DNA of 64,000 nucleotides, from positions 3,162,001-3,226,000 of the forward strand of contig OZ176052.1 of the NCBI GenBank assembly GCA_964247055.1, in the 5' to 3' direction. This document shows, piece after piece, positions 42,601 to 55,900 of the stretch. This DNA is from Paragordius varius (taxonomy: Eukaryota; Animalia; Nematomorpha). The notes under the pieces were generated by a model, which was not told the DNA's origin, searched no databases, and worked only from the letters and a program-made list of their open reading frames with translations. Every line of letters begins with the position of its first letter. Positions within the stretch are counted from its first letter, which is position 1. Made by a program: the position numbers and the translations under genes.

Positions 42601-45600
42601 TACATTCAATGGTATATCCAAAAATTTTCCATTGAAAAAATCTAATTTAGTATTCGAAGATAAAGAAAAACGCAGAGAAATAAAAAGGAATATATTGAGA
42701 GTGAAAGATACATTTGGTCGAATGGTAGACGATAAAAAGAATGTGAAAGCTTCCAATATGTATAAAACAAAATTTATGGAAGAAAAACCACAGTTTTCCT
42801 CCAACAATGAGCCAACAAGTGACCAATTTCTATCGAATTTGGGCGATATAAATGCCGCATATTTTGGTAGCCAAAGTGTAATGAATAAAATTTTGAACAG
42901 GTTAAAAAGTTCGGACACTGATCGTATTGAGAACAACAACAACAAAGAAACCAATAATGGGATGAATGGAATATATAAAATCGTTTTTAACGATAGTTCT
43001 CAACGAACAGTAAAACCTTACAAAAATGTGAGATTGTGGAAAGATTATATCCAGTCGTCTGACGCTTCACCCCATCTCATGTACAAGGAGTATGTCGATA
43101 GTCAGCCTAAATCTAGGCTGAAAACAAAATCTGACCCTAATATTGACCCATACAGTATGCCTGAAAATGTGGACTTTATAAAAGGCTCAACCCCGACAAA
43201 AAGTGTGCAAACGAAAAACAATCACTTCAATCATCAATACTCAAAGTTTCCTAAAACATATGCTCATTCTTTCATTCGAGGTGGTATCAGTCAACCTAAT
43301 TATATCAAATTTGACTCTGATGACACAAACATTAAGAAAGACAGTAATAAAGCTACGATTTCTGAATCATCAGCAATCGAAACAAAACCATTACCACCAT
43401 CTTGGCAAAAGGGCATAATACCATCGACAACGACATCACCATCACAAATGATTAAATCCATAAAAAAATATTCACAGTTGAATCCAGCCAAGAGGAGGTT
43501 TAAAATGACTAAAAATTTTCTCAATCCATTCATCCATACGAATTATCATCATTATCCGGGTCGACAAACATACGACGAAAGGGGTAGTCAGGGAGCCCAA
43601 GTACCTACCATTGTTAAAAAGTATAACTGGGCCTTGGAAGGTGAAATGGCTAGGAAAGCAACGGCTACGAATCCATCTACACTGATTCATTCTCAGCGTT
43701 TACCACCTCCTCGAACATTTTTATACCATCGTCAAAGAAATAATGCTAATCATAATAATTATTCCCCATCAACAAAAAATAGATACAATTCAGCAGATAA
43801 ATATAATATGGGAGAAAATGTCGATGGATATTCCAAAATAAATAAGATTTTGGAATACCTGAAGGGTAAATTTCAAATTCAGATAGAAGGTGATAACATT
43901 AGCATCAAGGGTAGATTGGATAAAAATGCCGATCCTCAACTGTCCTTAAAGGGTCTAGGGGATAAACTAAATAAAGAGATTACACAATTTACCTCTAATC
44001 AGCACAACAGGTTACAGTTTAATAATGACAATCAGAATAAAAAACCCTCAACTTCGGGCATAATACTCAATCATGGACATATTGGTAGGGGCTTGATTGT
44101 AAACAAAAATAAAGGCTTATATAACGGTCATAATCCTATGACTCTTACAAAATCAACTGGAAAAAATACCTATCATATCGTCGATACAGATAAAAATCAT
44201 GATAGCCTTGATAATGAGGATGAAATAAAATCTTCCAAATCCTACAACAGCAATGGCAAATCAAAATATAACTACAATAATAGGCTCGACAAAAAGGCAA
44301 GGAAAAAAAGACCACTAAAAGATGATATCAATTTTTTTGATCCCATAACATCCATAGTAGAAAGGTTTGAAAGAAGTCGGAAAGCTAGTCATCGAAGGTT
44401 ACCAGTGCCCGTAGTTCTTGCAAATAATCATCCATTATCCTTTAAAAGGGATAAAGACGACCCTGGATCGCTATTTACAGTTCCCAAGTATGATCCATGG
44501 AGACCGGAAGTACGACCACCTCGAAGCAATATATTTTATGTGCCAAACCAATCGAGATTGTATGAACGTAGACCTTACCAAGAGGAGGATTGGGCTCTCC
44601 AAAGCGTCGATGGACTTAAAGTGTCACCTTATCCATACAATAGTCAAGCGACAATGTCACCATGGTACCTGAACAAAAACCGTAGAAATTACAACATGAA
44701 AAGAGGAGATTATAATGAAGATGAAGTAAGAACACAAAATATGATAGATTATAACGCTAAAGGTAGTAATTTAAAAGACAGTGTTATGTATAATCAATCT
44801 TTGCCTGTAAGTGATGATGAAACCAATAATCAGATAATGGAAAATGAGATAGAGACAACGAGTACAATCAGTAATGTTGGTGTGGATGAAGAAAATATAA
44901 ATAATAATTCTGAATTACCAATCACGGCAGAAGAGGAACAAGCATTAATCTCATATTTAAATGGGGAAATCGAGAACTTTAATGGCAGCCAACAAGGTAT
45001 CAGTGATGAACAAACTACGCGACCGGTACAAAGGCCATTAGATACATTTTACAAGGATGGAAAAATTGATACCTTTTACAATGATTTGTATAATAAGGTT
45101 TTAAACCATAATAATAAAACAAAAAATCAAAAGGGTAATAACTTCCCTAAATTTGCCCCGTTAGTCAATGATTTAGGGTATTTGGGCAGTTCCCATAACG
45201 TAGGAGAGCATGGTAAAACCGATAATTTAGAAAAGCCGACTGATACATCATCATATGCGCACCGGGGTAATCTGCAACATAACGCTTATGTGCCTAACCC
45301 AGAAATTATTAATACTAAACACAATGTGAAGAAAAACTATGGCATAGAAAAACAGCACAAAAATTTAACGCTCATGGTAACAAATCAAGACAAAAAGCTA
45401 CCGGTTAGACCCGAATATGAAGTGATGGAAAAACGTTACAACAGCCTAAATAATAGTATGGATCAAGGATTAATCTCAAAACTTATCTCTTACATACCTC
45501 AAGACGCTAACACAGGCACAGATTTTATAAATCGTGTAATGCAAATACTTCCCTTAAATGCAAACCAAAATATCGATGTGGACGATGAGCCTGAACAACC

Positions 45601-48600
45601 CAATCAAAAAAATGGAAATGAAAGCAGGAATGTTAATATGAATGGAGAATACCTAAAACAAGGAAATTACAAAAATTCGACGATTAATAACCAATATTCT
45701 GATAATGTAAATGCAACTCACATATCGAATTAAATGATACATACCTTGGTTTATGCTAAAAATTTTTATATTTTTGATAACTCTCATATAATGTTAATAA
45801 ACATGTATTTATTTAATAGATATTATTAATTATGCTGTTATAAAATAAATATCATATATAAGCTAATTTAAAATCATAAAAAGGAAATTATTACTAAAAC
45901 AGTTATAAAACGAACAGATAGGATAAATTTATATCTATTAACAAATTATTAACTGTGTCCCAATATCCAAATTTTTATATATAGGACAAAAAATATATGA
46001 CAGGTGTAATGTTTTAAGGGGTTTTTCATAAAAAGGAAATATTCAAAGGAAGTCAATTATTTATCTATTTAAAATATTGTAGGCTTCTACAATAAATTCC
46101 AGGTAATATATGAATGGTGTGCTAGAAAAACTGATTGCTTTCAAAGCGAATTCGGCCATTTTCAAACGTCTTTGATATTATAGCGCTGTTTTGCGAGGGT
46201 GTGTTCCATCTTATGGCGCAGTGTCTTGAGAGTTCAGAGGATGCGAAAGAATTTCTCATCGCAGCAAATTCATGGTGTCTTTTATTAGTTTTGCTGTGTG
46301 AGATGGAGCATCGACGTGTAGCCAAATCACTTTGCCATGTCTTCTGTCAAATTTTTGAAGTTTTATGATTAATGATTGGTTTTAATTATTCATTAGATAG
46401 TGTTGTTTATTAACGGTTTCAACATATTTCAAAAGTTTATAATATACAATAACGCTTTAATTCCCAAATCACAATTTTCTTGCCGAAGCCATTTGGCATT
46501 AGTGTAATGAATAAGCTTGGCAAAGTAAACAATTTTTCCGCTTAAAGTTATAAAATAAAGTCATTTATTATATTCGTCCCGATTCAAAGCATAAATGATT
46601 TCTTTTTGTAACGTTGAATCGGAAATTCACAATTCACTTTGCGATTTTCGATTTGACACTTATTCAACTTCAGTCGGACTAATTTACCGAGTTTACATTC
46701 TTATTGCTCGTAGATATCTATTGAATGGTTTTAGGTAATGTAATGACCCTGTCATGTTGTTAAATTTGAGTGGGTCATTATCTAATAAGTCTTGCACTTG
46801 CGCGTATTTGCAGTTGTGTGATTTGCCAGAGCGCCCACCATCTTTAACTCGTAATTCGAATCCATATTTCACATGTGTCAATGCATGTTCATATTTCTGA
46901 CAGTAAACGAAACTTTACACAGCCTAATTTTTTAACAATGCGTCCCGCGAAGTTCTTTATCAGGCACAAAATTGGATTATTATTAAATAAAAATAAGACG
47001 GCATTTTTTGGAAGATATCACCTTGTGTGCGTCGTTTAATGTCAGATAAACAAAATAGTGTCTGATAAAATAATCGTCTGCGTAACTCGCAGACGTTTTT
47101 TCCGGTATTAATTACACCTGATATGTAGATTATTGAAAAAATAATAATTTATTTATTTGAAATATGTAATATAGATTATATAATAAAAATCAGCTGATTT
47201 TAGAAGCAATTTAGTCGCAGATATTATTACAGACGAGCTCTAGATTATAAACTATTTATTCAAGGCTTAAATATATCTTTTAACCAAATTTTAAGAAAAT
47301 AATTAACTCCAAAAATTCGAATATCATGTTAAAAACTAAATAATGAACCAATGCAAATGATCTATAATTATATTATAACAAATTCAAACGAACGGTTTAT
47401 TAAACATCTTGTCTGTCACATTTGATGTCTAAAATTGGCCATAAAAATATTGCTATAAATCATCTAGTTAGCATCTTTATGATAGTCGTGTTAAAAAAAT
47501 TCTATGCTCATATATAAAATAATTTCACTATTCTATTATAAAAAATTTTTTTTTGGTTTATAATTTTTTAGCAAGAAGACATTAAAATTCGAAAATTTGA
47601 TAAATATTTGTTTAAAATTATCTAACCGGTAAAAGCTCCAATATGTTGCGTTATACCACCAAACTCAGAATCTACTATACGGGATTTGCGTATACAATCA
47701 AGCAGGGTAGTTTTCCCATGATCTACATGTCCCACAATAACTACAACCGGGCATCGTTTCAAAAGTTTTGAGTGAGGTGGTAACGGTCTAATTTAAAATT
47801 TGGAGTATTTAAAATTTAAAGATTTATTTAAAAGTAAGCATGCTATTTCTCATACAGTCATTATTGGGTATCCTTATCAAAATCAATAACTAATGAATTG
47901 TCCAATTATAGATTTATTATGGCCCAATATGTATTGTCTATCTACAAAACAGAATGTAAATTGTATCAATAAATTAAATAAAAAGTTAAATTTAAAAATC
48001 TTTTGGACCTAAAATGATACATTATCTATTAGATAAAAAATGTAGTTTTTACATTTTATATTTCAATTACAGAAATTAATTAATCTCTTTTGAGTTTTTG
48101 GTATAATTTACATCTAAGAATAAAACTCCCTCCGAAAACTAAAATTTAATGTATTAAGCAATTAATATAAAATCTCACTAGCACGACAAATTAAATTATA
48201 AAAACCATAATCTGATTTTGATTATTTATTTATCGAAAAATATACATCGTTTTGACGAGAAATGAAAAAATAAATCATATTACATTATAAGTATATATAT
48301 ATTGCTAGAAAGTTATTAATTATGCCAAAAAGCATAAAGAGAATTATTAAATTATAATCTTAAAAAGTGAAAAAATAACATAAACCAATAATACTGCCCT
48401 TTGTTGTATATGCTATTTGGCAATAATAATAAACTAGCAATGTATAGTTACTCATACTGTAGAGTTAGCCTTAAGAACAACCTTAATATGATCTTAAAAA
48501 ATTTATTAAATTTCGCTTCAAAATGTAATTTAATAGAAGCACAAAATAAAATTAACGATATTACTCGGGTTGAAAGATAAAGTTTTCAGGATGTTTAATT

Positions 48601-49104
48601 GGCGAAGCGTGCGGGTTTTGAATGGTCAATGTTTTGATATTGGCCGTTTTGAATAACTTCCTTATAAATAATATGTCTTCAATTACTAACAAATAGAATA
48701 TATATAAACTTGTATTTGGAGATAATCTAATTTTCACATTAGCAGTATTATTTAACTGCACAATGTGATATATATCATCTATGATATAAATAAAAGAAAA
48801 ACTTAATGACTTATTCATTTCATCAGCTATATCTCGTAAGCTCATGCCAACCCATATATTGGCTAATGTGTCATTAACCCGGAATTTTTGGGTTTTTTTG
48901 GATTTTAGTATAAAATTTTTCTTTATGTAATCATATTTTTCGACTTTATTAAGATTTTTTACCTACCGTTAAATAAATATATACATCTTTTATAATTCTT
49001 ATTTTGGCATGGCAAATTGCGCCTGTGAATATTCGCCTATAAGGGCTTAAAGCGAAAATACTTTTTTCGAAGCTCAATAGAAATGAGCATGCGGTGCCAT
49101 ACAT
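29337..49104 (-). CDS. MTIF2: Mitochondrial translation initiation factor IF-2 (16 exons)
   Basis: Exons 48985-49104, 48803-48962, 48710-48778, 48565-48685, 47627-47787, 34756-34938, 34290-34339, 34108-34197, 33555-33679, 33056-33265, 32639-32711, 32103-32209, 31638-31795, 31249-31392, 30673-30840 and 29337-29779, all GT-AG and in phase. G motifs [34 protein letters not shown] and ISALK; later [18 protein letters not shown] and a terminal W..GF. Confidence 0.97.
34950..35240. repeat. Local ~140-bp tandem duplication in a MTIF2 intron
   Basis: AAATTCATATTTAAATTTAGATT...TTAATTTTGTGCTTA.AATATAATTAAATTGA occurs at ~34952 and ~35092. Confidence 0.8.
37384..45733 (+). CDS. Large orphan secreted low-complexity protein (~2,137 aa, 3 exons), nested antisense in the MTIF2 intron 34939-47626
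   Basis: Exons 37384-37705, 37944-39632 and 41331-45733 join through two phase-1 GT-AG introns into one 6,414-nt ORF. Hydrophobic N-terminus ([20 protein letters not shown]). N/K/D/S-rich, with many KR/RR/KK sites and only one Cys seen. No recognisable domain. An alternative start is possible at 37366. Confidence 0.85.
40643..41169. mobile_element. MITE with subterminal ~21-bp tandem repeats, in intron 2 of the nested gene
   Basis: TIR ATATACCATTTGCACTT..AAGAGTGTC at both ends. TTGAACACTTCAAGTTGGTCC occurs about 4 times on the left and 2-3 times inverted on the right. Confidence 0.8.
45999..47123 (-). mobile_element. Decayed mariner (Mos1-like) transposon
   Basis: TIR core CAGGTGTAAT at 46001 and inverted at 47111-47120. 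Minus-strand fragments KDGGRSGK...QDLLDNDP (like EDKPRSGRP...QALLDEDP) and [33 protein letters not shown] (like LLHDNARPH...WEVLPHPPYSPDL). Stops and deletions. Confidence 0.85.
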
Positions 49105-51999
49105 AGGAACATGACATATGATATAATTTAGTAAAAATTTACCGATTTATACAGAACCATAAAACTCTTTTTTAAGAAAAAATATGACGCATTTATTTAA
49201 ATCATTACTTTTTCAGTGTATAATAAGCAAAGTCTTTGCCGACCCAGGGATGACAGAGATAATAGAAAATGAAGCTGCGCGAAATATATGAGTCCACTCC
49301 TTTGATATATGGGTTATAAAAGGCCAAATTATATTGGAATCCTTTTTCGTAATAAAATATATAGGGGATACAATCCGGCGTAAAAATTGTCAATTTATAG
49401 TTGAAAATGTAAGATTTTTTATGCCAGAGTATTGGATATTTAAGATATTCATGTAAATTTTGTTATTATTATGGCAAGTAATTAAATTAAAACCCTTTTA
49501 GCCTTAAGATTTATTTGGTAACCTAAATGCTTCAATTTATAGGACTTGTTTGTCACAGTGTAATAAAAAATATCAAGAAAATATATTCTGATAAGAAAAT
49601 GGATCAAGATTATAATAGTGCTTTTGGTTTTGGTCCTACATATCAGAAAATGGCAAAAACACATTTTGTCTAAAAAAATTTATGGTGAACTAAATCCTTC
49701 ATTACAAAATTTTTCTAGAATATATCATAAATTATATATAAAAAAAAAGAATAATTTTATGAAATTTTCATATGCAGATGTCTCAAATTTTTTAAGCCTC
49801 TAAATAGTACTTTAAGTAAAAAAATCCGAAAAAAAGCATATCTAAATTTTGACATAATATAGTTTATAAAAAAAAGGGAGGCTTTGTGTAAACATTTTAA
49901 TTGTAGGAAAATTTTGTTGAGGCGTACTCCTTATTTTGGCATAATGACAATATAAAAACGTTTTAAGATATTATAGAAACCATTCTAATTATATCTCTGA
50001 TGCTGAACATTTATATTACCTCATCAATTGTTTCTTCGTCCTTAAATTTATGTTAAATATTTATTCTTTTCATAAATTACCAAACTTAAAAATTAAAGAA
50101 AGCTTTAAATTCTTAGGTGATATCTCAAAACTATCGAATAATATAGAAAAAATGTTTTATTTTTACCGTCCCCATCATGCCCTAAAACAGTATAAAGGAC
50201 GCATCAACAAAATATTGCTAATCAAATTTTTAAACAAAGTATGTACTTTTTGAAATATATATTTTCTTGATATAATCTAGCGTTTTTCAAAAATTTTATC
50301 GCAAAGTTTCCGCATTTTTTTGTTTACTTAAATAAAACCAAACCAGTTTAGAAGCTCCCAAAATACTTTCGGCTCACAGCTAATAATTATCTTTTGAAAA
50401 ATTGTGTTTTGCTTTTTATATGAAGTTTAATTTTAGTGCATTAAAATTTTGCATTTTTGGAGGATCATTGACAAAAGTAGTATTAACTGTTTTGTATTAC
50501 TCATAAGGCTCAAAAGCCCCATGATACTGACACATTTTTCTATCAGAGTATAAATATTTTCTCAGGATATTATTTTGGTCCTCCAGTTTTGTGCGCAGTA
50601 TTAGACTATAAAAAATATTTATGGTGAAAGCTAAATACTTTATTCCGAAATCATTTATTTTCAAAAATTTTCGCTTTTTGGATTTGGGCTCGGAAAATCT
50701 CAAATTTTTGTTCCCTCCGTCTAATCTTAATTCTCTCAAATCAAACATAAATCGCCAAGTTTTGTAGAATTTATATGCTAAATCATGACGTCAAAATATA
50801 TTTTAAAAAATGTATACTTAAAAATATTTAATTAGCTAAATTATTGATAAACCGTATTTTGTAGCATTGTGATTTAAGGTATTACAAAACACTTAATTTT
50901 ATGTAGCTAAACAATTTTTGATCCTATTTGTAAAAAACATTTTTTTGATTCAATTGGAATAGATTTCATATAATAATTACATATTATATTTGAACTTAAT
51001 TTGATGATCGTATCTTATATTAATTATGAGATGATGGAGATGTACATCATCATAAAATGCTTATATCAGATTTCGGTATTCAATCTCTTAAAATTGTTAA
51101 AAAAAAATTATAAATTTAATCAAATTTTTACCATTATTTAAAAACTATATTATCAGAAATTGGAAACATAAACAAAAAACCCCAAAAATTATTAAAGCAG
51201 CCCGCGTAAAAAATTATGTTGAACACCCCTGTACTATATATATAAAGCAAAATATTATTTTCAAAATTATAGATCCGATAGTTTCAAATTTTGGTCCCCT
51301 CTAAATTATAGTGTTCTTGTTGCGTTTGGTTGAAAAAGTATGGCTTTTGACTGAATGGTATAAACAGTTCATGACCTTTTCACTTTTTTTGTCGGCGATG
51401 AATATTATGGTAGTTTTATATCAGAGCTGAATCCTGTAAAAAAACTAATGTTTTGAAAGTAAGAAATTATAATATCAAACTTTGTTCTCTTTAATTACAT
51501 AAAAAAGCTTATATTTTACTTTTGTAACTTCAAATGACTAAAATTAGGACACCTCCAGGCACGATTGAACTAAACATCAACAATAAATATCATCAAGTTT
51601 TTCTGGTAAAATCCTATCTGAAAGCTACAAAAGTTTTTGCCTATTTTATTAGCGATTTGAAAAATCGAAAAAAAATGGCGGTGAAAAAGTTTCAGATGAG
51701 GATTTTTTACATTTAAATAAAGGTTTGTATTATGCGCCTAAACGGCTTAGGAAAGCATATTTTTAAATTCAGCCTAGTACCTTAAATACTTTCAAAATTA
51801 AAATCGCTTTGGAATATAAAGCGCCCAAAAAATATAATTTATTAATTTTTTTATTTACAATCATAAAGAAATAAATAAACAAAAATAGTAAGTTATTAAA
51901 TATATTAATTTAGTCGATAGGATTTATTTTACCTGTAAATGCCAAATATATCTTCATTTTATTTCATACATGTCTTTTTATAAATCTTATTATTATATT

Positions 52000-52330
52000 G
52001 TAATGGTAAATAACGGATTGGTTATGTTTTGTAATAACAGTTGTTAAAATCCGTAATATAACGAAAAGGATAATTAAATAGAATTAAATGCAACTATCAA
52101 TAGAAATTATAAACGATATGTGAAACCCTTCGTCACTAGTAATCGCAGACTAGTTTCGTGCTTGTTAGCACTCATCAGTTCAAATTTTCAGTTTGATTTT
52201 CATAAATTTCATTTAATTTAATTTAAATTCGTGTAACCAACTGCATTTATACCAAAATTGCAAAGTTGGAAATATATACGAAATCGATATGTGAAAACCC
52301 CAAGTTTTTCTAAAAGACAACCATACTTTT
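52000..52330 (-). mobile_element. Penelope-like element terminal relic carrying a hammerhead motif
   Basis: Homologous to 58880-59170; contains the hammerhead motif listed separately. Confidence 0.55.
52148..52178 (-). ncRNA. Minimal type I hammerhead ribozyme motif
   Basis: Minus strand reads CUGAUGA-GUGCU-AACA-AGCAC-GAAA-CUA-GUC: complete core, 5-bp stem II and the short palindromic stem III typical of Penelope-associated hammerheads. Stem I pairing is poor. Confidence 0.75.
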
Positions 52331-52929
52331 TACAACCTTAATTTCTAAATATAACTTATTGTTTCAAACAATAAAGTATGAGATAGAGATGTTTATTGGT
52401 AACACAATCCATTATATAATTTGCTTGAAACAATCAGATATATTAAAATAATTGAATATTTAGGAGCATGGTTGTCTTTTAAAAATATTTGTCCTTATAT
52501 ATTTACCTTTTGTCCGTATAATTTCAAAAATCACTGTAATTTAACAACCACTGCTAAAAAAATAACAATACAAAAATAACATTTGTGCGACAAAATAGTC
52601 CGCACGGAAAAAGGTATTCTTAATTAAGTAATACCAGGTAAATTATAAATACATGTAAATAGCAATCGGGAGGCAATACTTATTTAACAAATTTTATGGA
52701 GAAATATTTAAATTTATATTTGACCGAAAATCATCTTTACTATGCTTTAAAGTTCTAAATATAAATCTAAAAATATAACATATTATTCCTATTTATTCAA
52801 TTCTAGTTGTGTAAATTGTCTATTGAGCACAATATGAGTAAGTAACAATGATTGATTGCTATTGATAAAACAAGTCATTATTAAAATTACATATTTTGGA
52901 CAACAATTATGATAAGAAATAAAAAAAAA

Positions 52930-55900
52930 TCAAGAAAATCGAGGCAAAAAGCGTGCCGTCAAAGATTTTGTAAGATTATATTTCTGTGCTTTGTTTTCTT
53001 CTTCCAATAAGCGTCTTTCTTGTTCTTCCTAAAATTAAAAAAAGTTTTTAAAAATAAAATAATAAATGGCCAAAAAAGTCCTATTGCCACCTCCCTGCGA
53101 ATGATCTGTAAAAACATTAGTTGTACACAAAGGGCATGTGATACGTAAAAAATCGCCTCAGAATACTACAAAGTATGAATACGTATACTTCGTGGTACGA
53201 AAACTCCGAATCCGGAGTCCTACCCTTTATGATGATGATGCTGTTATAAATAATTAACGATAATAATTTATTTAATAGCCAACATTAATTTGTGCCAAAA
53301 ATTAGAGTATAACAAGATATATCCAAATTTTGTAATTACAATTTTTAAAATTCATTAAAACACCGATTAATTTAAAGGTGTAATTGTAGGGTTTGGTAAT
53401 GTAAATTTTTTATCATTAACGACCAAATGTTCTAATACTCTGGTTTAATTACGCATCTATTAGCAGATATTTATATTGTATAATCGTCAACCACTCAGAA
53501 TAAGCTTAATGTTAATAATAAACCTGTAAAAGAGTTTGATTTTTTCGATAAGCTTCAACATTGTTATCGGGATCCAATTCATGGTAATATGATATCACGT
53601 CTCTGACATCTTCAACATGACTCATTCCGATTGCTAAATGTCATCAAATAAAAAAAATCAATTTTAACAAAAATTTAGATTAAATTAGTAGAAATGTAGT
53701 AATAAAAAATAGTAAAAAGAGCACCCTCATTAAAAACCAATGTTAATTATAAAACCAATATTTTATTATTAATTCTATTTAAAACAGCGATTACAATTAT
53801 AAATCAGAAATTACATTAATTTGTTATACATCATCATAATATAAATATATTTTATATAAACTATCCTTAAAATAATTAACGTCATTACTAAAAATCCAAG
53901 TAAATTAAATGAGGTTAATCAAAGGTTTATAAAGAATTTGTTAACTATAATAAGCATCAAATATATTTTAATTATTTTCTATTTAAAACAACTATTAAAA
54001 TTTATTAAAGAACTCTTAGTATCCTCCAAAAAAAGCTTTAAAATTATAAGTCTATAAAATATTTATAAAAATAACTACAATATGGACCATACACTTTATT
54101 GATCTTCATTTAACAACTACATTAAAATTTATTAAAGAACTCTTAGTATCTTCCAAAAAAAGCTTTGAAATTAAGTTTTGAAGAAAAATCTAAACTTCTA
54201 AGCATTGCGGCCAGATCAAAAAGTGTGCGATCATCATCATTTCCATTCCATTTAGGGAGACGAATAGCGTTTGTGGGTTGGAGTTGAGTCGCTTTCCCAT
54301 TCCAATCCACCATGATGACTTTGGAAAGATCGCGATTAAGGCAGGAGAGATCCTGATTATCATTCAAAATTGAATATAACGTGTAAAAATACTAATAAAA
54401 TTCTTATCTTTTAAGTTATGGTTAATATGAATATTTGGTTGTTTTATGCAATTGTCAAAAAAATTAACTCAATAAAATATAAAATTCTTATTTTTTAGTC
54501 ATGGTTAATAAGAATATTTGGTTGTTTTATTTATAAAAAAAGGGGGTTGCGTGTAACCCAAAATAACTGATTGATATAAAGTGTGAAAATATATTAACTA
54601 CTATATTAATGTTTTCAAAGAACACTAGATAATAACAAAACCATCTTTACACAACCAACCAATACCTATCAATAATTGTAATTATTTTAGCTTATGAAAA
54701 AAAAATTAAAAGATATTTAATAAGTAAAACAAAAATCATCCCTAGCTTTCATTTGATAAATTATATAACAAAAACGAAAAATATATTGATTCATGCTTTT
54801 ATATGTGTCCCATCTTGATAACGTGTGGCATCACGGAAAAGGCGATACATAATGTAACCGTGAGGGTCTAAGCTATCTATCACGGGAAAAGCGGTCTGAA
54901 AAAAATACGTTAAAAAATTATTTTTAGACAATATCAATAAACTATAAATGTTAAAATTTTTTAATTAATAGATTCTTTCGTAATATAAAGATTATTAGCA
55001 ATTATGTAAGAATATAAATAAAAAAATAATTTTAACAAAAAATATCTTACGAATCCTTGTTCGGCCGTATAAATGACAACTTCAAAAAGCGGAGGTCCAA
55101 CTTGTTGAAGGAAAAAATCGACGCCAGGACGTTTTTTAAATCTCCAACCCGTACCATACTAATAAGAGATATGATTTTTTTTATTCATAAAATTTTAAGT
55201 GTAAACGAGTCGTTTTACATGGTACGATATGACACATAATATACAATTGTAATATACTAAAAATTTATTTAAATAAAACTTATTTTAGTCGGATTTTTCT
55301 CACACAAAAATTATATTTAGACAATCTGGATTATAAGAGGTTTTTTTAAAAAAGCTGTGATATCCCAAATTTTCTACAAAAAAGGAGTAAAACATATTTA
55401 TTATCCGTAAAAAAATAAAAACACAGTTTTATTTTTTTTTATAAATAGTATTGCGCAAAAAATCACAGCTCATTAAAGAGGAAAAAAGGCGAACTTGCAA
55501 AAAAATCCGCACAAGAAGTCAGCAAAAATGTTAATCGCTTTGCAAAAAAACGTTATAAAGAGATCTATTGAAATGTCCCCAATAAAAGTTTGGATTGTAT
55601 ATTAATTCCAAATGATTAAAAAAATGTACCGTCCATTCAGGGTGAACTAATAAATCGGTTAATTCAAGAACTAACGTATATGGTGGTTGAAAATATGGTT
55701 CTTTCAATGGATCCGGTAAAAGTTTGTGCCTTGATGGCTCTTTTATAACCTTATAATATTAAGATAATCAAAAACTTTTTCGTAATAATTTATTTCATTC
55801 CATGCACGGTATAAGTACGCTTTCCAAACAGGCACTAAATATTATTTATTAAGTATGATACTTTGGCTAAAACTATCCTCAATCTAAATGGAAAAATATA

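Noticed and set aside
38272-44672. Numerous small alternative-frame and antisense ORFs within the nested gene
   Set aside because: Shadows of a long, GC-richer coding sequence; no independent motifs or splice support.
49184-49456. In-frame TGA at 49289 as a possible selenocysteine codon
   Set aside because: No CxxU/UxxC or known selenoprotein motif and no SECIS-like hairpin recognised downstream.
49205-49463. 85-codon minus-strand ORF ending 100 bp upstream of the MTIF2 ATG (possible operon-like upstream gene)
   Set aside because: No ATG and no usable AG acceptor after the upstream stop; composition is typical of chance AT-rich ORFs.
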